Shown here one piece after another: positions 37,301 through 56,156 of a stretch of DNA of 64,000 nucleotides. Every line of letters starts with the position of its first letter. Within the stretch, counting starts at the first letter, position 1. Under the pieces are notes generated by a model, which made no database searches, was not told where the DNA came from, and was given only the letters and a program-made list of their open reading frames with translations. Position numbers and translations under genes: made by a program. Source of the stretch: Macrostomum hystrix (taxonomy: Eukaryota > Animalia > Platyhelminthes); NCBI GenBank assembly GCA_950097015.1, contig CATNEN010000029.1, forward strand, positions 2,976,001 to 3,040,000, written 5' to 3'.

Positions 37301-38598
37301 CAGCAGGGAGGGTAGGACAGCAGGTAGAGCTAGCAGGGAGGGCAGCACAGCAGGGAGGGTGGGACAGCAGGTAGGGCTAGCAGGGAGGGCAGCACAGCAG
37401 GGAGGGTGGGACAGCAGGGAGGGTAGGACAGCAGGTAGAGCTAGCAGGGAGGGCAGGACAGCAGGGAGGGTAGGGCAAGGAGGGGTAGTGAAGCAGGGAG
37501 GGCCAGTAGGAAATGCGGGACAGTAGGGAGGGAGAGTGGGGCAGCAGGGAGGGTGGGGCAGTAAGGAGGGTAGGACAGTAGGGAGGATAGGGCAGCAGGG
37601 AATGTAGGACAGCAAGAAGGGCCAACAGAGAGGATAGGATAGCAGTAAAGTAGGATAGCTGTTGTTCAGAGGGACATCAAGGCTACATATGGCTGTTCAG
37701 TCCATGAACTAGGAGGCCACCATACCCATAATCAATTACCCTAGGTAATGCTAGTAAACCCTCAAATCAAACCCTTAACCTTTAAGTCATGAGTCCAATG
37801 CTCTAACCACTAGGCTACAACCCCTAGCAGTAGGTATGTTGTAGGTATACAACCTATATTAAAAAGATCATATTTAAACCAACAATACAAATTTATACTC
37901 ATATTTATACTGAAACTAATAGCAAATTTGTATTAGGTCTAGAGTAGTGTCAATGAAAAAAAGATATAAATATCAAGCAATTCATATAGTATTAGGCAAT
38001 TAGCCATTCGAAAGTCAGTATGAATTATACTGTTTATACCATTTCAGCATCTAAAAGCTACCATTTTTTGCTTGCTTTGCTTGCTATATAACTGGTACCA
38101 TATAGCATAGATAATATATATGTTATATATTAGGCCTACTACATATACTAATATATTTCCTGTTCGCTCAGATAGCAATAGCCTAGCTACCTGCTACCAT
38201 ACAGATAATAGTAAGAAAAAAATATTAGCCTAGCTCAATAGACCACAATGATTAGACAGGTCAATTATATATGATAATATTAATTATAGTAGCTATTACT
38301 ATAAGACTAGGCCAAGTATGCGAATCTCCATGCTAAAAGTGAAAAACACTAAATACACTGTGAAAATGGAGAAAAGTAGTAGAGCCTAGAGCTAGCACAG
38401 TAAATTTCAGTAAAATTACATAGCTAACCAAAGAAATACCGAGCTGTGTACAGTAAACCGAAAGACATTTGAAATCGCGCGGAAGAGATATGCATTTTAC
38501 ATTATGATACCGTGCTACGATATCATATATCATGATATGTTAGCCAAAACTGGCCCGTTTTTGCATGGTATATACGGTCAAAAGTGTATATACGGCTG
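34360..38598 (-). repeat. Right TIR: ~3.1 kb G-rich modular minisatellite plus ~1 kb unique segment
   Basis: GGGAGGGTGGGACAGCA-type units, the reverse complement of the left array. The outer ~1.1 kb mirrors 22069-~23230. Confidence 0.93.
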
Positions 38599-38934
38599 GT
38601 GCCGTAGTGTGCCAGTGTCTGGGCCCATGCCATGAGCGGCTCTTTTAAAAGTTATCATAACGACATTCTACCTAAAATAAATAGCACAGCCTTATAGCTA
38701 TAAAGAATCAGATAAGTTTAACTGTGTTTGAGAATGCATATATATATATTTGTTAGGACTATCTTTTGTATTTGTTGAGTTTGCTTTTCTATTTAAATGG
38801 CGCAGGTTTGACTTCGTCGTTACATTCTGTTTATTGTATTCAGAAATTATCTTTCATTGTGTTTTGATTGTATTTTTGGCTCCTTTGCATTATAATACGG
38901 ACTGTTAAGCACACCATAATACAAATTTCTAATT

Positions 38935-44866
<5,932 letters not shown>

Positions 44867-45814
44867 GCAACTTTTTAGCTTAGTCTGTGTTAAGTTGTCT
44901 CTCTTTTGTAGAATTTTCATGTCCTCCGTTTGTTTACAGCCTAAAAGGATAATCGATTGATTCTTTTTGTAAGGCGAATAAAGCGGCTAGAGATTGGACA
45001 TGACAATAGTACTGAGTAGCTGCTTTTATTAGCCTTGGCTTGGTTAAGAGACATTTTTATATGCTTTATTATTATTATCTATCAGGGACTTAACTATTTT
45101 GGGAATAGATTTGTAAAAACCTTTGCTGTATATTGCCTGTAATAAACTATTTTTAGAAAATAATTAATTATTTATACATCGCTTTCGCAGTCACAATGCA
45201 TCGTCAATTATTCAACTTTTTTAAGCGTTTGACCTATAAAGGACAAAATATGAATTGGATTCAGTTTTTTGCTATGGTATAGTGTCCTACCGAATTGATG
45301 CTTCATTCCTGTAAGCTTTTTCTATTGTTATTCTATTGTTCAGTTGCGGTCTTTAGTCTGGTCTTTGTCATCGCTAGGCTATAAGGGAAACTGTGTTTGT
45401 CCAAGGCCCCTTGTATCTTGTGTACACCCACCATAGTCTTAGTGCTAATACTGATAAACTAAATTACATGTTATTTCGTCCCCACGTAACTCGTAGAAGT
45501 GTGGCGTGTCCACCTGTAGTTTTTTTCGCTTTTTGTCAAATATTTCTGCAAGAAATAGAAATTTTCACGCGTCGAACACATTTTAAGCCATGTTCGAAAT
45601 AAAAATTACTCGATTTGAATTGTTCGGAATTAGAATAATCTATGATAAAGCCTTTTTATCCTAGCCGTTTTTGTCGCTATTTTTTCTGTAAGAAATCACC
45701 ACTGTGTCGTGATAGGACTTTGAGATTAAACGGGGAAAGTACATCTTGTTTGGTTAGTTGTATTTTTCTTATATTATTGCGATACAAATAATAATAATTG
45801 ATTATACCTTCCCC

Positions 45815-46030
45815 AATCGGGCCAGATGTGCAGTAGATGTGCAGCTACTGCGCAGATGGCTGCGTACGGCTGTTCAGTCCATGGACTGTGAGGACTACCC
45901 TTAATTACCCCAGCTAATGCTGGTACCCATGAAACAGCTGGGTGAACTGAAGCAACACCGAGTTAAGTGTCTAGCAAAAAGTTGGGGCTCGAACCCCCGA
46001 CCTCAAAGGCGCAAGTCTGAGACAAACCAC
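45815..46030 (-). mobile_element. SINE family B copy
   Basis: GATGGCTGCGTACGGCTGTTCAGTCCATGGACT and AATTACCCCAGCTAATGCTGGTACCC are shared with the 15370 copy. Confidence 0.7.
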
Positions 46031-47834
46031 CAGTTACAATCCCGGTCTTCAGCAGCCAACTATTTAGACATTTATATAAAAATAAAAAATAGAAACAATA
46101 TATATATAGCATCCAGGCTAGATAGTTTGTTAACGCTAGCAACAAGTAGCAAACATCCCAGTGTATTTCTGTCGCCTTTTAACTCATAAGTTTATATTTA
46201 TATGGTTATAATATTTTTTGTTTATTCGTATGTTTTTAATCTTTTGAAAACAACCGAGCCACATCAAACAGAAGGGAGAGAAGTCAAAAAAAACAGACAG
46301 ATAAATATGCGTGCTATAGTTGTTAGATATTCTTACAATTTATTATTATGATTGAATAAATTCTCCGCAGAGCTTACTGAAAGTGTGTCTCGAACAAGCA
46401 AGCCATAGATATAGCTCGGGATAAAATGGGAGACGAGGATGACAAAATCATGGACCGCGACAAAAAATGAGAATAGAAAGTGGAGGGGACAGACACAAAA
46501 TGTTTAACACAGTTAGCGGCACGCCTGTTGGTAGTGATTGATTCATTACCACCTATAGGGCCGCGCTATGCACGACAGTATAATAATCATTGCATTTATT
46601 GATGGTCAATAGTGTATCGCGGGGATATCAGAAAAAGACTCGTTAGCAACAAAATTAACAAGGTTGCTTAACTAAACATAGTATGAATTATATGCGATAC
46701 GCGGGATATTTGGGAGTAAACTAACTGCCGACAAAAATTCTAACGAAATCCCAAACGGACAATTAGAGCAAATTAGGCACTTTTGTATGGGCAAAAATTA
46801 CAACTAAGCAGAACTGCCATCTATTGCCATTTTTTAAACAAACCTTTCAAGCAAATATGCTTTTCTATTATATAGATATAGTAGATAAAGTAGGACAGTA
46901 ACCAAGAAAATACGCGGCTAATGCAATATGCCTTAACAATAGAAATATGATCAACTCAATTGACAACATACGGACTATTGTTTGGGGTGTTGCGCCAATT
47001 ATTTAGTAGGGACAAACAAACTGAAAGAGAGAAAGTATAATTTAGACAGCTAATCATGAACGCATCATCTAGGCTAACAAGGCAATCACTCAGAATACGC
47101 TAATGTAAATATATTGAACATGCAAAATCATACAACTCATAAAACATAAATCTATTTAATAGCGGCAGCGGCATTCAATTAAATTACAACACTAACTAGG
47201 GATTGTTGGAGTTGAGCACATGTCTTCGGTGCGATATTTGCTCCTCCTAATCCCTATTACTAATAGTAATGAAATAGACATTATTTTGTCAGACTCTAAT
47301 GGTTGTTTAAACAGCATAAAACTTTCACAGTTTTATATTGTGTAATTACTGATTAAAATTATTGAACAGAAAACAAAATAACAATGAGAAAAAAACATAA
47401 CAATTAATCACTAGACGGAAGCCGACAAGAAAAAGAAACCTAGACAGATTAAAACATGGCATAGACAGAGGCGGAAACTGACGATCACTCTGCGAGACCC
47501 AAAAACAAAGCAAAACCAAGCGAGTTAACAAGAAATTAAACAAATTAAACAACAGTACAGAGATAGAACAGATGAAAATTTGTTGATTTCATCGGTTTCC
47601 AACCACCAGACACCAGAATACAATCGATTGATTATTACGAATTTAAGAGGAAGTGCGCGAGTTAAAGCGGCGTGTGGGAGTTAAATAAGCGGGACTGCAG
47701 TATGAAGGGCCATTGCTATGTTTCTCTGAAGATGAAGACAATAAGCACTGCTCGTCTAGAAATGATTAGCATTAGGTCTATTTCAAACATTTTCTGTGTT
47801 AATGAGAGAATAGACGAATAACACTTAGACTAGT

Positions 47835-48060
47835 AAGGGCCAAATGTACAGCCAGTGGTTACAGACGCAACTATTCCAGGCTGTGTACAGCTGTTCAGTC
47901 CGTGGACTGGAGTGGTCGCAATAAACACCACCCAAATTACTAACACAATTTTCCAATTAAGGTTTAATCTCAATATAAGGAAACTAAAGTGTCTTGTTGA
48001 AGGGAACGAATTCGAACCCCCGACCTCTCAGTCCGAAGCTCTAGTCACTGGGCTTCAAGC
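47835..48060 (-). mobile_element. Degenerate SINE family B copy
   Basis: CAGCTGTTCAGTCCGTGGACT body and TTCGAACCCCCGACC (reverse B-box). Confidence 0.55.
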
Positions 48061-48242
48061 CCGATTAGTGCTTGAAAAACTGGATCAATTATAGGAAGAA
48101 ACATTTCTAGACGATCGAGACACTGATTGCAAGTAGAGGAGGGTACGACATAAAAATCAACACTTCTAGGTTTCTCTTTTTCAGTGTCAAACAAAAAATA
48201 AATCCAACACAGAGGCTAGGTGGCGGTCAGTAGATCACTGAT

Positions 48243-51200
48243 TTAGCTGAGTATGTTGCGAATCTCCTTGTGAATGTGCAACAGGAAGTCAACATAGGAA
48301 GAGGAGCCGTTGCTAATTCCGCGATCCTCAACTAGAAAGTTCAGGAACCACGGCTCCAGTTTGTCCCGAGCTCGCACCACGTACAGCTGGCGAAATGGGG
48401 AAATGGCTTAGACTTAGGGTTCGATTTATTTGACAACTGTTCCTAGAATCCTCACTGGCTCCTCCTCAGAATTCCCAGAAACCCTATTCTCAGTATTCCC
48501 AGAAACCCTATTCTCAGTATTCCCAGAAACCCTATTCTCAGTATTCCCAGAAACCCTATTTTCAGTATTCCCAGAAACCCTATTCTCAGAATTCCCAGAA
48601 ACCCTATTCTCAGTATTCCCAGAAACCCTATTCTCAGAATTCCCAGAAACCCTATTCTCAGTATTCCCAGAAACCCTATTCTCAGAATTCCCAGAAACCC
48701 TATTCTCAGTATTCCCAGAAACCCTATTCTCAGTATTCCCAGAAACCCTATTCTCAGTATTCCCAGAAACCCTATTCTCAGTATTCCCAGAAACCCTATT
48801 ATCAGAATTCCCAAAACATATTTTAAGTGGTCTCTGAAACCCCATAACTAAGTCGTCCATGAAACCCTATTCTAAGTGGTCCCTGAAACCCTGTTTTAAG
48901 CGGTCCCTGAAACTACGTAGCCTTAAAGCCAGAAGTATATTTATATCTCCAAAAAGCTTACAATATAAAAATAAAATCATTCTCACCCGCATATGGCGCC
49001 GGCGTTTTTGTCTAGTAAGATCCACCACGCCGCGTATCTGCTTGGACAATGGCGTGTCCACCTCTGGCAGTTCGGTCTACAATTGAAATATTTTTAATTT
49101 ATAATATTCCTTGATACTACTGAGAATATATTCAATTCAGTAGATTTCAGCTGCAATGTATTTTTTCTTACCTTTTCTGGATTGATTTCAGCCAACGATT
49201 TAACACCGAATACTTGGCTAACCCACTGCAGATCAACAGTTGGTCCAAGCCATAGGAACATGACGAGGCCATTATCTAAATAGAAACAATGAGTAGGTTG
49301 TACGAGTAAATGCAATAAAGTCGCATTAGTGTAAACAAGGCAAAAATCTACTTACCCAGTAGGTAGACGCCGCGCTGATCTAGGCGCTCAACCGAGCATC
49401 GGATGAATGGCGGCAGAGTTGGCTGCTCAGCATCGGTGCTCAGCGGCGGCATGTCGTGCAGAGGCATGAGGCGCGGATAGAAGAACACATTCGAGGCCAA
49501 TACGTCCATGCATTCGCACAGGTACATCAGGTAGGACCGGTCGTCAGTAGAGATGTCTGTACCTGCGCGGGCCAAAATTTAAAATGGTTTGAAAATTTTC
49601 GCACGTCATTTTCAGAGCATACTACTAAAATGTATTAGTAAGTAGTACAAGTCGCAAGTAGCAGAATTGTTTTGTCAAGAGCACCAACTGCTACCAAAAC
49701 CAAAGCAAAAAATAGTTAAATTGCTTTTGCATTGCTGCATAAAATAGGCCAACACGTTTACCGCTAAGAAATGAATATCAACAGTCATCAACAAATATTA
49801 CATTTACATTCATCGCGTTGACACATAAATACTCATAGTAAGGCCAATAGATCCACAATGAGAATGAAAATTGAGCAGATTATAAAAATGAATATAAGTA
49901 ATCAATGGCGACTAGTGTCTGGGCTTTTACCGATACCACCCGACGGGTGGGCGATCTCTGGCATGAATGCGGCACAGAACCCTAGCGAGCAAGTAGTTAG
50001 TTTTTAATATAGCGAGTAGAGTTTACGTGTTAAGTGGCTGAAAAAAACACCTGGGTTGCCACGTTTTATTTGGGAGTGCACCGAAATACTGATTTACCTA
50101 GGAATGGATCTGATTATCAGCGTATCGTCGGATCGGGATTTCGGATAAGTTGGAATTTTGGAGAATTCGAATTTTAGACAATCGGGATTTCAGATAATTA
50201 GGATTTCAGAAAATCGAGATTTCAGATAATTAGGATTTTAGACAATCGGGATTTCAGATAATTAGAGAATCGGAATTTCGGAGAATTAGGATTTTAGAGA
50301 ATCGGGATGTCGGAAAATTAGGATTTTCAGAATCAGGATTTTAGAGAATCGGGATTTTAGAGAATCGGGATTTCGGAGAATTAGGATTTGCAGAATCAGG
50401 ATTTTAGAGAATCGGGGTTTTAGAGAATCGGGATTTCGGAGAATTAGGATTTGCAGAATCAGGATTTTAGAGAATCGGGGTTTTAGAGAATCGGGATTTC
50501 GGAGAATTAGGATTTTAGACAATCGGGATTTCAGATAATTAGAGAATCGGAATTTCGGAGAATTTGGATTTTAGATAATCCGAATTTCGGAGAATTTGGA
50601 TTTTAGAGAATCGGGATTTCAGATAATTAGGATTTTAGACAATCGAGATTTCAGATAAGTAGGATTTTAGACAATCGGGATTTCAGATAATTAGGATTTC
50701 AGACAATCGAGATTTCAGATAACTAGGATTTTAGACAATCGAGATTTCAGATAACTAGGATTTTAGACAATCGAGATTTCAGATAACTAGGATTTTAGAC
50801 AATCGGGATTTCAGATAATTAGAGAATCGGAATTTCGGAGAATTAGGACTACAGATAATCGGAATTTCGGAGATTTTTAGATTTTAGATAATCCGAATTT
50901 CGGAGAATTTGGATTTTAGAGAATCGGGATTTTGGAGAATTCTGATTTTAGAAAATCGGGATTTCAGATATTTAGGATTTTAGACAATTGGGATTTCACA
51001 GAATTAGGATTTTAGACAATCGGGATTTCACAGAATTTGGATTTTAGACAATCGGGATTTCACAGAATTAGGATTTTAGACAATCGGGATTTCACAGAAT
51101 TAGGATTTTAGACAATCGGGATTTCACAGAATTAGGATTTTAGAGAATCGGGATTTTGATACGCCTTTTATCTCTACGGTGAAATTAAAAGCAGTTCTAC

Positions 51201-54200
51201 GTAAAATACAATGCACCCAAAATCCAAAAGGGATGTGCATTTTTGTTCTATTCACTCAGCCCCACTCACCGCTCTGAAAGGCGTCATTCTTAATGATGGC
51301 ATTGACATAGAGCGGCAGCAGTTTCATCAGCTCCGGCAGTATTAGCTGGCCTGGCCCGGTATTGCTGGCGCAATTCTTTCTATAGGCTGCCAGAATGTTT
51401 GAGCAGCGGCTAATCAAAGATTCGCGCACTTCCTTTGGCCCGCGCTTCAACAATAGATGTAGCGACGATTTGGCGAGCAGGTTAATGAGGGCGTCCAACT
51501 CGGCAGATCTGAATACATCCGGCATCTGGGCGCTGGTGGCCAAGGCCAAGTTGTGAATGCGCAGTCGACGCTGGCCACCGATGCCGGTGTAGAGCAGGGC
51601 GCACTGGACCAGCACCGGCTCGCCCTCGGCCAACTTGTCGTCGTGCTTAACCTCCAGAGCGATGGCCTTGTCGGCGCCGAACACGCCAGTCTCGACATCC
51701 GTGGTGTTGGCCATGTACATACCGCCGTAGAAATCAACCGGCCTGGTGCCGGCGCTGGTGCGGATGCGCATAACGCAGTCGAAGGCGCGACTGTCGCGCA
51801 CAGCGTGCTCCAAATCCAGAGTCAGCTGGCGACCCTGGGTGCTAGCCTGCAGAGTGCGGTCGATAAATCAACTTGACAGTTGGTCAAATGGAAGCTTAGA
51901 GCTACCTTAATTTTTTTAACCCTAATCGGTCTAGGTTCGATTCCGCGGCTAGGCCACATTTCGTTTGAGGCGCAGCCGCGGAGAGAAGGCTCGGGAGGGG
52001 TGATTGTCGTGCTATTTACTCACATTTTTGTGATTGCATGCTCACGAAATGCATGCTCATGTACCAGATCTCACAGCCCTCCTGCAAATATTTATCATTA
52101 ACAGCAGAACAACAACGGGAAGGGGCATTTAAAATAGCTACATTTTTCTTTTTCTGTATCTTCTAAAATATTAAAATATGTATCTTCTATCTAAAAATGA
52201 GGATTTTTTTAATCAATATGGATTCGCCATAGAAGTTTATACCGAGCAATGTTAGTTGTCCTTGTCACCAAGAATCGCTGCATCTAGACGATGCTAGACT
52301 CGGCCGGCTTTGAAAGTTAGTTCATATATTCTGATATTCTCGGGGGATTCTGATCCATAATTTTAGGAAAATGTGTGGTCTCACTAGTGTTAAGAAATAG
52401 TGATTTAGCAGGTTGAAAATCTCACCTGGAAATATGTGTACTTATACAGAGAGCCGCCAGAAACAAACGGCACCTGACCAATGCTGGCCAGATCCACATA
52501 GGAATCGCAGCAGACAAACAGGTCGACACCGACACCGGCTTCAACGCAGCGCTGTCCCAGACGAGTATAATAGTCGGAGGCCGGGCTAAGCAGTGTCTTC
52601 TCCTTGTCGGAGCCCAATAGTTTCCGATCGTCGCGATTCTTTAATTTGCCAGGTGCCTCGGCTGTTGGCAGGCCGGTGTGGAACACAATGAGCTTGCCTG
52701 GACACTGGGCCGATTTGAAAGCGTCAATGCCGCTCTCAATCACCGGGCCTAGAATTGATTCAGTCTCGGCTGAGTCCTTAAACAACTGCGGGATGGCCTC
52801 CAATAGTTGGCTAATTTGCGACTCGGACTGGCTGGGATCCACTAGGAAGCCGTCTACTAGGGGCACAAACACATCCTCGAGATCTGTGACTAGCAGCATC
52901 TGGGGCTGCGACAGGCTAGGGCTGAGGTTGTAGTAATGAATCACCCGATCGTAGGTGGCAAAGCCAACTCTCAGCTGGCTGGGCGAATCCTCTTGGCCTT
53001 CCTCGCGTGGCAACAGGTCCAGAATCTGCGAGATGAGGCATGATTGCAAAGAGAATTGGGACTTCAGAGAAATATTAATTCTAATTTCAAACTAATTCAT
53101 TTTTGTGCTTCAAAATGTCTAACAAAAAATGGCTCGTACTTCACTATAAGTAATAACTAACCCGACCCCAAACTGATTTATTGGTCATCATTAACCCGAC
53201 CCCAAACTGATTTATTGGTCATCATTAACCTGACCCCAAACTGATTTATTGGTCATCATTAACCTGACCCCAAACTGATTTATTGGTCATCATTAACCCG
53301 ACCCCAAACTGATTTATTGGTCATCATTAACCCGACCCCAAACTGATTTATTGGTCATCATTAACCTGACCCCAAACTGATTTATTGGTCATCATTAACC
53401 TGACCCCAAACTGATTTATTGGTCATCATTAACCCGACCCCAAACTGATTTATTGGTCATCATTAACCCGACCCCAAACTGATTTATTGGTCATCATTAA
53501 CCTGACCCCAAACTGATTTATTGGTCATCATTAACCCGACCCCAAACTGATTTATTGGTCATCATTAACCCGACCCCAAACTGATTTATTGGTCATCATT
53601 AACCTGACCCCAAACTGATTTATTGGTCATCATTAACCTGACCCCAAACTGATTTATTGGTCATCATTAACCTGACCCCAAACTGATCTATTGGTCATCA
53701 TTAACCTGACCCCAAACTGATTTATTGGTCATCATTAACCCGACCCCAAACTGATTTATTGGTCATCATTAACCCGACCCCAAACTGATTTATTGGTCAT
53801 CATTAACCCGACCCCAAACTGATTTATTGGTCATCATTAACCTGGGCTCAAAATAATCTGTTATAATTAATCTGATCTACTAATCATGACTAGGTTATCC
53901 TCCATTTTTATCCTGACAGCTCACCCTGTTGCGAATGTGTTCGCAGACTAGCGCAGTCATGCCAGATCGCACAGCCCTAAAGCCGACATCGATCATAAAG
54001 ACCAGGCCGGGCTGATCTGGCAAATTGCCACCTTTGCAATATTCGGCTGTGGCTAGCATCTCGTAGGAGCCCAGGTGAAGCTCCGGTCGCTGATAAGTGT
54101 CCATCCGTCGGCCAGTATGATCAAGATGAGCAAAGTAAGTCTCGGGCGTGTCCGTGGTGCCGCCGCATAGGGCGCACTGGAAACGCCGGCCGCCATCTAG

Positions 54201-56121
54201 CCAGGTCATGTATGGACTCATGTAGGCCTTGCAGCGGATACATCTGACTGGCCCGCTGGCTCCCAGATCGGATAGGTAGATTGGCGATTCGCCCGGCTCG
54301 CGATCAGCCATTGGGGACACAATCAGGCCCAATGGTATGTGAGTGGATTTCAATAATTCCGCTGTGCATGGGACAGTGTAGAGAGTGGACCGGATGAATC
54401 TGGGCGAACAGCCACCGCGGTCAACTGCGATGAAATCTGTGCTCACTAGCGGCGGCGGCTGGCCAAGCTGCTGGCCGGTCTCGTACTGGCCTGAGTTCTT
54501 GCGCCGGTCTTCCTCCATCACCTAGGTAGGGGATTTTAGTGCCGAGGATTATGAATTATAAAGATCTATTGTGGATTATGAAGATTCCATTGTGGATTAT
54601 GAAGATTCCATTGTGGATTATGAAGATTCCATTGTGGATTATGAAGATTCCATTTTGGATTATGAAGATTCCATTGTGGGTTATGAATATTCCTTGTGGA
54701 TTATTAAGATTCCATTTTGGATTATGAGTATTCCTTGTGGATTATGAAGATTCCATTGTGAATTATAAAGATTCCATTGTGAATTATAAGGATTCCATTG
54801 TGGATTATGAAGATTCCATTGTGGATTATGAATATTCCTTGTTGATTATTAAGATTCCATTTTGGATTATGAGTATTCCTTGTGGATTATGAAGATTCCA
54901 TTGTGAATTATAAAGATTCCATTGTGGATTAACACAATGCATCAAATCACACCAGATTGTATTAAGACAAGTTAATTTGACAAGATGCGAGCTAATTTGT
55001 ATGAATTTAACCCTTCAATTGTTCACCTGAACAGCTGACGGCATCTGATCTGGATCGAGAGATCTGGCTGCTGGCGGCTGCGGCTGCGGTGGCTGCGGCT
55101 GCGGCGGCTGACCCGGAAAACCGTGCGGCCCGGCCGGTGGAGCCCAGGGACCGCCGCTCGCCTGGCTGCCTGGTGGCATAGGAGGCCTGAGGAGCGAGGA
55201 GGACGAGATATAAAACTGGGAACAAAAATAATCATTTGCTCTATACAGAGTTTCAATACACTTTAGAGCTTGAAGTGTTAACCATAAGGCCTGAAATCAC
55301 TCACCCGGGTGGCCTCGAGCCAGCAGAGCTCGGCGGCATCATTGGCGGCGCCTGTTGCTGACCAGGCGGATAGGGCCCCTGAGAATATTGGCCAGGTGGA
55401 TATTGGCCAGGCGGATACGGGCCAGGCGGCAATGGCGAAGGCCGCTGCTGCTGCTGCTGCTGCTGCTGCATCATCGGCGGGCCAGGCGCAGGGGGTCGCA
55501 TTGGCGGCATTCCAGCACCGCCCCCGCTGTACACTGGCGGCGGCTGATGCTGCATGTGCAACGGCGGAGTTGGCTGCTGCTGCTGATGAATTGAAGTGGG
55601 CGGCATTGGCGGCTGCATCGGTCTCGACTGCTGAGGACCAGGCGGCAGCTGCTGCTGCTGCAGTGGCGGCTGCATCATTGGCGGCGTGGTCTGGCCATTC
55701 TGACCGTTCTGCATGCCGTGCCAGCCAGAATTCGGCGGCATCCTATAGTTGAAATGGGACATTTTTCAACTACTTAAAGTAGTTCATTAAAACAATAAAA
55801 CAACAAGTAGTACCCAAGTTAATTTAATAATTTATATCTCACTAATTGGGTGTTAACAACCGAAAATATTTGTCACACTAAAATGAAATTTGTTTAGCTA
55901 CTGTGCCTTGGAGAATAAGTGGCTAAATTCGCATTTAGCTAGGTAGAAATACTTTTGAAATGCGAGATCAGTGGAGCTACTATCTTGGCTTGAATGCTAG
56001 AAGCACAGCTTTACCGGCTCAAATCTGATGAGATAAGCATGCATGACCTTTAGTAACGGAATGCAAAGCAAGGGGACAAGCGCTTACATTGCCTGCTGTC
56101 CCGCCCATTGTTGCGGTGGCG

Positions 56122-56156
<35 letters not shown>

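Larger units (their letters stand above)
22069..38598. mobile_element. Complete two-gene KDZ (Kyakuja-like) DNA transposon, 16,530 bp
   Basis: Termini CACCCGTATATAC... and ...GTATATACGGCTG. Direct repeat GTGCCGT at 22062-22068 and 38599-38605. Long inverted arms enclose an intact KDZ transposase gene. Confidence 0.92.

Noticed and set aside
23040-37625. Many PAVPPSLLSHPPCC / GQQGGWDSREG ORFs
   Set aside because: Products of the TIR minisatellite, with frames changing at every 13/17-bp module.
51447-55752. Antisense and alternate-frame ORFs over Sec24 exons
   Set aside because: Explained by the phase-consistent Sec24 exon chain.
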